Assembly (NCBI GenBank): GCA_964016885.1
Contig: OZ024741.1
Coordinates: 390,910,001 to 390,974,000 of the forward strand
Direction of reading: 5' to 3'
DNA: 64,000 nucleotides
From: Eledone cirrhosa
Taxonomy: Eukaryota
The notes below the pieces were generated by a model. It searched no databases. It was given only the letters and a program-made list of their open reading frames with translations, and was not told the DNA's origin. Positions 43,252 to 54,540 of this stretch are shown piece by piece; the stretch's first letter is position 1; the number at the start of each line of letters is the position of its first letter. Position numbers and translations under genes: made by a program.

Positions 43252-45348
43252 TTACCGTACTTTTGGTAGAGGAGGGATGGTTTTTACATCCCTTTTCACT
43301 TGATCGTCTGGTGAAGGGACCGTTGAATCGTCCCTTCGGCTGGTCGTCGGCTTTTCTAAGAGAATGTCTGAATATACTCTTCGATTGATGGTTCCTCCTA
43401 GGTCCCTGAAATCACCAACTGCGTTGGGGAATTTCGTTTTAATGTTTGTGTATTGTTTCTGTGCTATTTTTAGCAGTCTTATGTTAGTTGGCGTTTTGAT
43501 TGGTGCTGGTATTATGTAGTCCTGTTGTGAAATGTCTGTGTGTTCAATTATGTAAGTCATTAGTTTCTTGTTGTGTGTGTTTATTGCCGTGCATTTGTTT
43601 TTCTGGGGGTGGGGTGTGGTTCTGCTATTTTCTTGTCGTTGTTGCTGGGTGTGTGTGTTTTGTTGTTGTGTTTGCGATGTTGGTGCTTGTGGTGGTGGTG
43701 TTGAAGGTGTTGTTGGCGGTGGGGTTGTCGCCGGTGGTGATGGTGGTGCTGGTGTGGGTGGTGATGGTGTTGGTGGTGTTGCTGCTGTGGGTCTCTTTGC
43801 AGTAGACTTTACCCTTTTCTCATTTCTTTCCTCCCTTTTCAAAGGCGACGATGCGCTGCTTCTGCGTTTGTGCCTTCTTACGACCTTTTGCCATCCCTCT
43901 CCCACCTCACACTCCATGTCTGATTCTGTAAGGTCGGGGAGGGGTACCAGCTCCACTCTTTCACTTGTTGTTGTTGGTGATGTTTGCACTGGAGTCTCTG
44001 TTGCAGCTGCATTTGGTATTGCTGTTGTTGTTGTTAATATTTCCACTGCTGCTGCTGTCTTTGATTTCCGTGGAGTGGGTATGGGTGCCACGGACCTATC
44101 GTTCCTGGTTGCCGCTTGTCCTGTTGCTGGTAGCTGTGGAGCCGGATTCGGAAGGAGGGGGGTTTTCTCCTTTCTCAGGGTCTTCTCGTTGCAGAAGGCC
44201 CTGAGGTGAGTCTTCGATCCACAGCGAAAGCATTTCGGGCGTTTGCCCTCAACACTTATGGGCAGTTGAGTGCCGTTATCGAAGTCTATCACATCCGGGA
44301 TAGCTTCGATGCACTCCTGGTTGGTTTGGATTAGCATCTCAATGGAGGAGCCGACCCAATCTTCTCTTACTTTTTTCTGTACTTGCAGTACAGTTGTTTT
44401 GTCCTCGATTCCGACGAGGACAGACGCGGCCAGCCAAGAAGGGGTCATTCCGGGGGGGACGTGGGTCAGTTTGACCCTCACAATTTTTTGCTCGCAGTAG
44501 GAGGGCACCAACACCATTTCCTCGCTCCTTAGGGTCACTACTGATTGGGCCTTTGCCTCCTGGGGTGTGGCAAAAAGTACGTCTACGGTGGCGTATTTTT
44601 TGCCTCGGGTGATGTGCGTTTTCCTCTGCCACACAGACCCCAAGGCTTTTTGTATTTGGGCCTCTGTGGCTCTTTCCACCCTACGGGATTTTGTACTTAC
44701 TGTACGGTACGTGACCGTACAGTGCTCTTGGGTTTCGAAAAAATTTTTCGCTGCCTTGCAGATTGCTCGGTGTCCGTTCTTTGTCACCATCTTCTTCGCT
44801 TCCTCTAATTCCTCATTTGTTATGAGGATTGTTTCCAAGTTTTTCGCAATACCTGCAAATGAGATTGGTTTTTCTCTGTTGTTGTTGTTGTCGTCAGAGC
44901 TGCTGGTACTTTTGTTGTTGCTGCAGGTACTACGACTACTGCCTCCGCCGCTGTTGCTGTGGTTGTTGTTGGTGTTGCTGCTGCTAATGCTGTTGTTGTT
45001 TATGCTGCTGGTGATGCTGTTGCGGCTGCTACTGTTGTTTTCATTGTCACTGTTGCTGTTGTTATTACGGCTGCTACTGCTATTATTCCTGACGTCAGAC
45101 GAATGAACTGGGTTTTCGTATTTCCCGCACACCTGTTTCGTCGCTGTCGTCGTCGTCGTGGAGAAACCTTGCACGCTTTGCACGAGACTTTTCTTTTCTT
45201 TCGTCACTTGCGAAAGAGAAGGGAGGGAGAGAGACACATTTAAAGAAGGGAGGGAGAGAGACAATCTTCTCTCTGCTGTAGTGATGATTGAGGAAGAAGA
45301 AGACGGAATGAGTGGGAGTGACGTATGAAATTTCTTTTTCGTAGCCAT
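43252..45348 (-). CDS. Tx1 ORF1 (698 aa from first ATG, MATKKK...) with CCHC zinc knuckle
   Basis: CFRCGSKTHLRAFC; core alignable to the ORF1 at 37265-39262; S/N- and P/T-rich linkers. Confidence 0.9.
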   Translation of the reverse strand: MATKKKFHTSLPLIPSSSSSIITTAERRLSLSLPSLNVSLSLPSLSQVTKEKKSLVQSVQGFSTTTTTATKQVCGKYENPVHSSDVRNNSSSSRNNNSNSDNENNSSSRNSITSSINNNSISSSNTNNNHSNSGGGSSRSTCSNNKSTSSSDDNNNNREKPISFAGIAKNLETILITNEELEEAKKMVTKNGHRAICKAAKNFFETQEHCTVTYRTVSTKSRRVERATEAQIQKALGSVWQRKTHITRGKKYATVDVLFATPQEAKAQSVVTLRSEEMVLVPSYCEQKIVRVKLTHVPPGMTPSWLAASVLVGIEDKTTVLQVQKKVREDWVGSSIEMLIQTNQECIEAIPDVIDFDNGTQLPISVEGKRPKCFRCGSKTHLRAFCNEKTLRKEKTPLLPNPAPQLPATGQAATRNDRSVAPIPTPRKSKTAAAVEILTTTTAIPNAAATETPVQTSPTTTSERVELVPLPDLTESDMECEVGEGWQKVVRRHKRRSSASSPLKREERNEKRVKSTAKRPTAATPPTPSPPTPAPPSPPATTPPPTTPSTPPPQAPTSQTQQQNTHTQQQRQENSRTTPHPQKNKCTAINTHNKKLMTYIIEHTDISQQDYIIPAPIKTPTNIRLLKIAQKQYTNIKTKFPNAVGDFRDLGGTINRRVYSDILLEKPTTSRRDDSTVPSPDDQVKRDVKTIPPLPKVR

Positions 45349-45579
45349 GTTTTTTTGTTTAAAATGAAATTTTGGGTACAAAACCCCAATAACTGGTTAT
45401 TTAACCCCGAAGGGCCAAATAACGGACAGAAAGACCCCTCTCACGAGGAGGAGGGTGTCTTTATCAACAATTTGGTTCAAGTTTTAAACAATTTACAATT
45501 GTTTTAACGGTTAAAAATTACTATACCTTACAGAGCCGAGCCTCCGTCAACCATGGCATTCAATAATAATAATAATAAT

Positions 45580-48500
45580 GCTCACATTAAGGAATCACTC
45601 ATGATAATAACAACTTAAAAAAACAACAAAAAAGAAAACCCCGTGACCAAGAAATACCGGGATGGCGGCCGGCGGGGAATAGCCGTGTCTCTAGAGGAGA
45701 ACGACTCCTCTAGTCTTGGTTGACACTCGTTCTAGAAGTGGTAACACGAAATGATTACCCCTTGGCGGATAAGGATAAAACGCGACAAAATAAAGTAAAT
45801 GTCTAATGATAAAATCTCATACCGGATTGGCCGTCACCCGGGTAAAAAAGGGCCGCGTCCCTCAGAGAGGAACCAGACTGGGGTCGAAAAATCAGCTAAT
45901 GGTTCAAAGCTTCCCATCACTTCGAAGCTGGAGACCTCCCATAACCGGAATACTCCTACTGTTGGCCCTCCATGCTCACCACCAAGAAATCCAAAGAAAA
46001 AGAGAGAAAAATGGTCAAGGGAAGATAATAAAGAAGTCCTTGAGGCTTTCTACACTGCCATGTACTACCCATCAAATACATCGAACACAGAACAGACATA
46101 TATCAACTGGAAAAAGAAATATCCCGAAAACAGAGGCTATATTGACAGTAACAAACTAGCCAATATACGAAGAAATATTGTAAAAAAAAAGTTACTAACT
46201 GATATAGAAATTGATCAGATCAAGCTATTAGCACAAAGTCAGCGAAGGGAAAATGAAACATGTGTCAGTGAAAACGAGGTAAATTGTAACACTTCGAATC
46301 CCAGGGTTGAGGCGGAATCATTGGCAACAGAACAAATTAAAGAAAGGATCGAAAAAGTGGAGGGAGTGCATGCTCAAGGTGAAACTCCAAATGAAAATAA
46401 TGAGATCGTTAATGATAAAGAAATGAATGAGAATGAACTTGCCAACTTGAAGGATGAAATTATGATCGAATGGATGAAAATGAAAGAATCTGACATGGGG
46501 CAACGAGACACCCTCCCTAAGATCCAGAACTCCAAACAGAACCAAAAGATAATACACAAGACTAACATAATTCTCAAAAACATTATCATCACAAACAAAC
46601 TAAACATTACTGATTTAAATCATCTCTATTATGCATCGGCTAAAGTCACCATTCACTTATGTGGAGTGAAAATGAAAAAAACAAAGAAATTCCCACAAAA
46701 AATCTACTTGGCAAGAGAACATCAATCGCCAAATAAACCTTCTCCGATCTGACATAGAAATTTTAACAAACTAGAAAGTAGGTGAACATGTTAAACAAAC
46801 TAAACTAAGAAAATTGAAAAGAAAATACAGTATAAAATCAACAAGTGACATAGACATGCTGATAGAAATAATCAAGCAAAAAGTGTCGGCCAAAGCTGCT
46901 CGTATAAGGCGCTTTGAAAAACGATCTAGATTCTATAAGGACAATAATATGTTCAAAAACAAGCAAAGAAACTTCTACAGAAAAATTGGTAAGTCAACAA
47001 TAACTACTAAATCAATACCACCCAAGGAGGAAGTGCAAGAATTCTGGGAAAAGATCTGGGCCGAAGAAAAAGTTCATAACATACATGCCCCATGGATAGA
47101 CAAACAAATGAAAGATACAGCTCACCTTGAAGAACAAATATGGGAAAATATAACAGTTGAACAGTTGCGCTTGGCTCCAAGAAAAACCAGCAAATGGAAA
47201 TCCTCAGGAAAAGACAAAATACAAAATTTTTGGATAAATGCCTTCACAGAGTCTCATGAGCTGTTAGCCCAACTTTACAATGAAATAGTTAAGGAGCCAG
47301 AAAAGATACCATCATGGCTAGTTAACGGCATTACATTCCTGCTTCCGAAGAACGATGAGACAAACAATCCCAAAAATTACAGACCGATAACTTGCTTGAC
47401 CACAATGTATAAAATTTTAACATCAGTCCTAACTGAATATACATATGACCACCTGATAACAAATGACCTATTTCCCATTGAGCAGAAAGGGTGTAAACGA
47501 GGCTCATATGGCTGTAAGGATCAGCTTTTGGTTAACAAAATGATACTGGAAGATTATCATAATAGACACAAAAATCTATCAATTGCTTGGATAGATTATA
47601 AAAAAGCATTCGGTAGTTTGCCACACAGTTGGATTGAAAAATGTCTAGAGATTTTCAAAATATCTCCCGTTGTCAGGAGGTTTTTGTCATTCAGTATGAA
47701 GACATGGAAAACGACACTCCTTTTGAATAGTGAAACAAAATCACTGGAAGCTGGAGAAGTTAATATTAATTGTGGAATTTTTCAGGGTGACTCTTTATCA
47801 CCGCTTTTATTCTGCATCGCACTTATACCATTAAGTAAAATGCTCAATGAAACAAAACATGGATATAAAGTCTATGACAAAACCATTAATCACTTGTTCT
47901 ACATGGATGACCGGAAACTATTTACAAAAAAATGATGAACAATTGCAAGGGCTATTATCCACTGTGGAGCAGTTCAGTGATGACATTAAAATGGAGTTTG
48001 GACTAGATAAATGCGCCAAAGCAACGTTCACCAGAAGAAAGCTGCTGAAGAGTTCGGACATTAATCTTGATCGGGGGAATGTGATAAGAGAACTTGATCA
48101 AGAAAAAACTTACAAATATCTAGGTGTTTGTGAAGGAGACGGAATCAAGCACTCGACAATGAGGGAAAGGATAAGGAAGGAATGTTACCGCAGAGTAAGA
48201 GCAATCTTAAGAACGGAATTGAATGCAAGGAATAGGATCGATGCCATAAACACACTTGCCATACCAGTAGTAACCTACAGTTACAATGTCATCAACTGGT
48301 AAAGCACAGAGATCCGTAGGCTCAATACAAAAATTCGAAAATTCTTAACCATGAACAGAATGCATCACCCTAAGGCAGATACAGATAGAATATATCCCCC
48401 TAGGAAAGAAGGAGGACGTGGGTTAAACCAGTTAGACATTGCGTTGAAAACTGCAACAATTGGATTATCTACATATCTAAGGGAAGCACATGATTGGATG

Positions 48501-49592
48501 ATCAAACACGTTTTGAAACACGAAAGCATCAAAAGATCATATTCCATTACAAAAGATGCACAAAGATACAGTAATGGACTACAAATTTCAGAAGTCCCAT
48601 TTACTGCTGAAATGGAAAACACAGAAAAAGCAAAGCAGGTAAAAGTAACTGCAAAGAAAGAACTGCTACAGAAACTGGCTAAGAAATGGCAAGAAAAGCC
48701 TCTGTATGGAAAATACCCAGAGCGAGCTAACAATCCTGATGTTGACAAAACTTTAACCCATCAGTGGTTGGCATCCTCTGGACTGAAATCGGAGACTGAA
48801 GGACTGATTATATCAGCACAAGATCAGTGTCTGCCAACAAAAAATTACCAAGCCAACATAATAAAAAATGGATGCAGCCCATTATGCCGTTTATACAAAA
48901 AACAACCAGAGACCATTGACCATATAATTTCAATGTGCAGTCCTATAGTTCCAATCGAATACCCAAACAGGCATGACAGAGCTGCACAATACATACATTG
49001 GATAATGTGTAAGCATTTTGACCTGCCCCATCAAAATTGGTGGGAGCATCAACCACCTCCCATACTTGAAAAAGATCACATCTCAATCTTGTGGAACTTT
49101 AGCATCCAAACAGACCGAAAAATAGATGCAAATAGACCTGATATAATATTGAAGGACTTTAAAAAGAGGGTATGCCTTCTAATTGATATGTCCGTTCCAA
49201 TAGACAAGAATGTATCTATAAAAACATTTGAAAAATTGAGCAAGTATAAGGACCTGGAGATAGAAATTGGAAAAATGTGGAAATTGAGAACTAAAACAAT
49301 ACCAGTGGTTGTAGGCGCTCTGGGAATGATACCTAAGGGGTCTAATGATTACATATCGCAAATCCCAGGAAACCCGCGTATAGGAGAAATACAAAAGATA
49401 GTACTAATGGGAACTGCCCATATACTAAGGAAGATTCTGTCAATATAAGTACATCACAAGTCTAAACACTAAAGATGCATGTGTGAGTATGTATGTTCTT
49501 TCTTGAACATGGCGGACCTTGTTGTCTCTTGAGGTCACTGGTTGTGACTTGGTGATAACTCGTATGAACATAAAGCAAGATAAATGCAACTG
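45580..49592 (+). mobile_element. Full-length R4/Dong family A retrotransposon, several lesions
   Basis: ORFs 45799-46752, 46814-47935, 47847-48302, 48351-49448 reconstruct a polyprotein of about 1200 aa; (AAT)n at both ends. Confidence 0.94.
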
Positions 49593-49605
49593 TAATAATA
49601 ATAAT

Positions 49606-49788
49606 AATTGTTTCTACTTTTGGCACAAGGCCATCAATTACCCAGTGCATTACTGGTACTTTATTTTATCGACCCCGTAAGGATGAAAGGCAAAGTTAAC
49701 CTCGGTGGGATTTGAACTCAGACCGCAAAGGAACTAACTATGCTGGAAAGCATGGCGTCCGACCCTCTACCGATACTGCCAAGCCACA
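49606..49788 (-). mobile_element. tRNA-derived SINE, flanked by (AAT)n on both sides
   Basis: Reverse complement of the 25910-26100 SINE. Confidence 0.82.
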
Positions 49789-49802
49789 ATAATAATAATA
49801 AT

Positions 49803-50184
49803 TGCCCTGATGCCCCTGACCATTATACTGCGAAATGTGAGAGCAGGATACCAGTTGGGAAAAGGAGAGCTTACCACCAATCACCTCCTCTTCATGGACG
49901 ATCTTAAACTCTTTGGGAAGAGTGAGAAGGAGTTGGGTGTACTTGTTGACACTGTCCGTATTTTCAGCAATGATATATGTATGCAATTTGATATTAATAA
50001 GTGTGGAGTCCTAGTGATGAAGAGGGGGTAAATTGAGCAGAAGCAACGGAATCTAGGTACCAACAGGTGAGATGATAAAGGAAATTGACACTGAAGAAGG
50101 ATACAAATATTTAGGTGTTCTGGAGGCAAATGACATCAAGAACAAAAAAATGAAGGAATTCATAACAAAAAAATGAAGGAATTG
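49803..50184 (+). mobile_element. DongB RT fragment
   Basis: HLLFMDDLKLFGKSEKEL; ends with a duplicated aacaaaaaaatgaaggaatt. Confidence 0.88.
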
Positions 50185-50193
50185 GCAGAAAAT

Positions 50194-51885
50194 TCAAGGA
50201 ATAAATTTACGCTTCTTTGTGCACCGTGAATGTTGAGCAACAGGAGTATCTCGTTTTAAACACCAGCAATAGTCTGCCATCATTACGACGTCCCAACATC
50301 CTTGGTACCGAGTTTCCATCTCCTTGATGCCCTGATGGAATCGTTCGCCTTGTTCATCGCTAACATCTCCGAGATTTTCAGGAAAACGATCAAGATGACT
50401 AAAAAGATAATGCAGTTTGATGCTCATATTCGCGCCAATATAACGAAAAGTTGATATCAAGTTGGTAACAAGGTCTTTATAGTTTTCACTTCTGTGTTTG
50501 CCAAGGAAATTTTGCACTACTTCTGCAAAGGCTAGCCAAGCTGATGCTTCATTTTCGCTCATCGTTTTCACGAAATTTGTGTCCTTCAAGAGCTTACGGA
50601 TCTGTGGTCCATCAAAAATCCCTGCTTTAAGTTTTTCAATCGTCAAGTCTGGAAATACACTGCAGATATACTTGAAGCACTTCCCATTTTTGTCAAAAGA
50701 TTTGACGAATTGCTTGATCAATCCGAGTTTGATGTGCAAAGGGAGGGAAATGATCTTATCTCGCTCAACTAAAGATTCTTCCAATATATTGGCAGCTCTA
50801 CACGGAGCCATATTTGTTCGAGGCGGCCAGTCTTTCTTAACATAGTGGTTTACTCGGTCTCTACTGTCCCACATGCAAAGAAAGCACAGGTATTTGGTAT
50901 AACCAGATTGCTGTCCCATGAGAAAATTCACCATCTTTAAGTCAACGCAGATGACCCATTTATGATCATGATACAGTATCTTCCCTAAAACCAACTTAAA
51001 TTCTTCATATTTTTCCTTCATAGTTGTTGAGTGGCCGAGAGGGATAGAACCATACACATTGCCGTTATGCAACAATACACATTTTAAACTACGCTTAGAG
51101 CTGTCTATGAAAAGACGCCATTCCTCTGGTTTGTATTCTTCAATGCCAAGTTTATTAAGAAGCCCACTGACATCTCTGCAGTAAACCAACTCTTCCTCTT
51201 TTGTGAAGAAAGAAAGGAACTCTTCATGCCGACTCCGATAAACGGTTATACGGACACCATTCTCTAGAATATTCCTCTCTTTCAGTCGGGAAGCCAGCAG
51301 TTCTGCAGAATTTTTTGGGAGGTTCAAGTCACGAACTAAATCATTCAGCTCTACCTGGGAGAATTGCTGAGGTAAATTCTCAACTGAAAAGTCTTGATCT
51401 CTAGTGTCACCTTCAGGTGATGAATCTTCTTTGGCTGAGGGTAAAGTTATCTGAGGCAAGACATTGAAGACAAGAACAGGAAGCTCTTCACTGTGTGGAA
51501 CCGGTCTAATAGCAGAGGCAAGATTAGGATAGACAAGCGTTTGTCGATTTTTCCGGCTAATACCCTTCAAATTTAGGTTACAAAAATAGCAGTCGTCCAC
51601 GTAATTATAGGGCTCCCTCCATACCATTGGTATAGCAAACCTCATACTTTTCCTTGTCCGTTTAGTCCATTGTCGCAAATGTTCTGTACATTGTTTGTAG
51701 ACACTATGCGGTGCCGAATATTTATCTTGGTCTCCCAGCTTGACCCCAAAATATGCCATATACGCTCTTTCAACAAAATCAATAATGTTTATTCGATTTT
51801 CAGGTAATGTGTATTCTCCACAAACATAACAAAACACATTTGGAGAATTTACGCAACACTTTCTTGAAGAGAATATCTTGCTCAT
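50194..51885 (-). CDS. Chapaev3-like transposase, 563 aa, open but with substitutions at usually conserved sites
   Basis: N-terminal FCYVCG / WREP..DDCYFC zinc motifs, WRLFIDSSKRSLK, DLKMVNFL, LHIKLG, FDGPQIR, SDEQGERFHQ, MMADYCW. Confidence 0.78.
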   Translation of the reverse strand: MSKIFSSRKCCVNSPNVFCYVCGEYTLPENRINIIDFVERAYMAYFGVKLGDQDKYSAPHSVYKQCTEHLRQWTKRTRKSMRFAIPMVWREPYNYVDDCYFCNLNLKGISRKNRQTLVYPNLASAIRPVPHSEELPVLVFNVLPQITLPSAKEDSSPEGDTRDQDFSVENLPQQFSQVELNDLVRDLNLPKNSAELLASRLKERNILENGVRITVYRSRHEEFLSFFTKEEELVYCRDVSGLLNKLGIEEYKPEEWRLFIDSSKRSLKCVLLHNGNVYGSIPLGHSTTMKEKYEEFKLVLGKILYHDHKWVICVDLKMVNFLMGQQSGYTKYLCFLCMWDSRDRVNHYVKKDWPPRTNMAPCRAANILEESLVERDKIISLPLHIKLGLIKQFVKSFDKNGKCFKYICSVFPDLTIEKLKAGIFDGPQIRKLLKDTNFVKTMSENEASAWLAFAEVVQNFLGKHRSENYKDLVTNLISTFRYIGANMSIKLHYLFSHLDRFPENLGDVSDEQGERFHQGIKEMETRYQGCWDVVMMADYCWCLKRDTPVAQHSRCTKKRKFIP

Positions 51886-52130
51886 TTTCTATTGCTTAGT
51901 TCACCTCAACATATAAAAAGTATGGTAAAAGAAAAAAAACTTAGAATTAGAATAAGGTTACGAACACTGCGTACTGGACGTACCCACATACATAGTGACT
52001 ATAGGGATGTTAAATAACTTCAAAACTAGATCTGATAGGTCAAAAAGAAGGTTATATTTGGAATCAGGAGACCGATTTTATATAGGAATGATGTCTATTT
52101 CCTAAACACCAACAACCTTGTAGACCAGTG
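50194..52130 (-). mobile_element. Chapaev3-like (CMC superfamily) DNA transposon, 3' end missing
   Basis: Terminus CACTG (minus strand, 52130-52126) abutting TAA, plus a transposase ORF. Confidence 0.75.
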
Positions 52131-52146
52131 TAATAATAATAATAAT

Positions 52147-54540
52147 GCTTTCTTTATTAACCACAAGGGTTGACACAAAGTATAACATTAAGGACAACAC
52201 AGGACAACACAGGACGGTACAAATGGGCATTCTGCGTGTAAAAAACAAAAACAGAGAATGTAACAAAAAAATAAAACAATGAAAAATTCCCCAATAGGGG
52301 GGAGACTTCCGAGGGTCGCTCATGGAGAAAGCCCACAAAAAAGCCACGGCTACCCTGACCGCTAGGGCAAGTGCCCTCTTCCAGTTTTTCTCCTAGGATG
52401 CTACAGGCACACGCTTAGCGTAGGCCCATTCACACGGGACATTCTTGCCTCTCTCACCCACCTTTCAACAAACTGGCTGGAAGTCAGCAATCCCTCTCCA
52501 CTCTGATTTTCCTTTTTAGGTGAAACCTGAAAAAGTTAATGAGGGCGTCACCGAAGAGGAAAGTACCTGTCTTCAACCCTTTCGGACATGTCCACCATAC
52601 AATCTCTTTTACCATGGCCACCAGGCAGATAAAAACTGCATGCCCTTCTCGGCTAAAGGAAGGTGGCGGGGAAATCCTCACGATGGACTCAGCTGATAGC
52701 CGGATCCGTTCTACACGCGACAGCAGGTGTTCGACATAAACCCACAAGTCAGCAATGCTCGGACACTGGACGAGTGCGTGCAGGACGGTTTCGTCGCCCT
52801 GCGCGCATCCCGGACAGGCCCAGCTGACGGCACTTCCATGTCTGTAGAGTTTATCCCGAACTGGCAAGGCACCTCGGTAGCACTGCCAGGCCAAGGATTT
52901 CTGGAAGTTATCCATGGCCCCGGCCCGAAAGTTCTCCCGAAGAGATTGGCTAGTTGATTTTCGTCGACGCCCAGAGTCTCTCCAAGGACGTCGTCGCTCT
53001 TTCCCCCCACTAACTCTCTATAGAATGCCAACGTAGAGTTTCCACCGATCGAATTGCTCGACTGGTCTAGGGCTGTAAGCGCCTGAAGACATTCCAGTCT
53101 CCAAGCGCTCCCTCTCGGTCTTCACTTGATCCAGGACTGCAGCTCCGTCAAGGAGACGAGCTGGGAAAACACGCGTCTAGCAAAGGGCGACCACATCTGA
53201 TCAGGACCGCCGCCAGATAACGATGGTCGACCCTATCGAAAACTTTCGACTGATCTAAATTGATCAAGGACCCACCCGTGCCAGGTTTTCTAGCTACCCT
53301 CTCTACGATGTATCGCATGAGGTGGAGATTGTTGTGGATGGATCTGTCTGGAATGGCGCATGTCTGCGCCTCTCCCATCAGACCACCGACGACAAACGCC
53401 AACCTCTTTGCTAGCACCTTGGTCAAAATCTTGAACTCTGTGTTTAGCAGAATTTTGGGCCTGAAATGATCTATGTTATCCCCCTTGTTTGGATCTTTCT
53501 CAGCAGCGCCACCGCTCCTCGGTTAACAGAGCAGGGAATTCACCTGTTCTACTGCCAGTTGCAGTAGACGTCCGCTAAGAGGTCTCCGAACAAGTCTGGC
53601 ATATGTACGTAAAGTTCGTAGGGCAGACCATCCAAACCATGTGATTTACCCACTGTGCAGCCAGTCATTGCCTCCCGTACTTCAGCAGCTGTTATCGGCT
53701 TTTCGCCTCAGTGGCCGAGAGCCGCGACAGTCTTTCGAGGTAGGCACTAAAGTCCATCCTACGATCTAGCCCGCCACTGCTCCCGAACAGCTGAGCAAAG
53801 TGCTGCTGAAAAGCCGCACACATTTGCCCTGGATCAAGTAGTATGCGCCCGTCGTGGTCCGTCAAAGACCGGATCGTAGCTTTGTTGCCACGACGCGCCT
53901 CCGCCACACGGGCCCATCGAACAGCTTTCGTCCCCTCGTGTCTGAGAGCACGCGCCCTAGCTCTGACAACGCAGCCTTCGTGCTTTGCGTTGAAAAATTG
54001 TTCGAGAGCCAATTTCGCTGCAAGCACATCGGTCGCGTTGCCTTTACTAAGTGCCTCGTCTAATTTGCTAACTAGATCTCCCTCTGCTCTAATTTTCTCT
54101 ATTACTAACGCCTTATTAAACCTAATGGACTCTATTCTAATCGCTCTTTCCAGGGAAAACCACAATTTGTTGTTGACGATGGCCCCCGTCAACGCCCGCT
54201 TAACTAATTCGCTAATCCGGTCTCTGTAACCTTTGCGCGCTGTTAACGATCGTTTAGCTTCCAGTAGCCGGGTCTCTGTCTATGAAGCTTTAATAAGTCC
54301 ACCACACAGATCATGAATTTGTGGTCCGTGTAGTCGATTATCTCGAATTGTGGACAGCCTATGCTAGACCTATCTATTTCCCTACAAAATACCTTATCTA
54401 GATATGATCTGGATGACCCGATGCGGTTTGCCCAAGTCCACATTGGCACATTCGGGAAATCCAACCGGTACCTGTCAGACAGTTGAAAACGTCTGAACAG
54501 GTTTGCGAGGCTTTTACACCCTCCTCCTCTATCCGCTAGT
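52147..54540 (-). mobile_element. 5'-truncated, internally deleted Tx1 copy
   Basis: 3'UTR after (AAT)n 52131-52146; ORF2 pieces with a jump near 53205 (RYLAAVL|DQVWSP region). Confidence 0.92.

Larger units (their letters stand above)
39535..45561 (-). mobile_element. Full-length, apparently intact L1/Tx1-clade LINE (copy 2)
   Basis: Both ORFs open; flanked by (AAT)n at 39472-39534 and 45562-45579. Confidence 0.96.
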
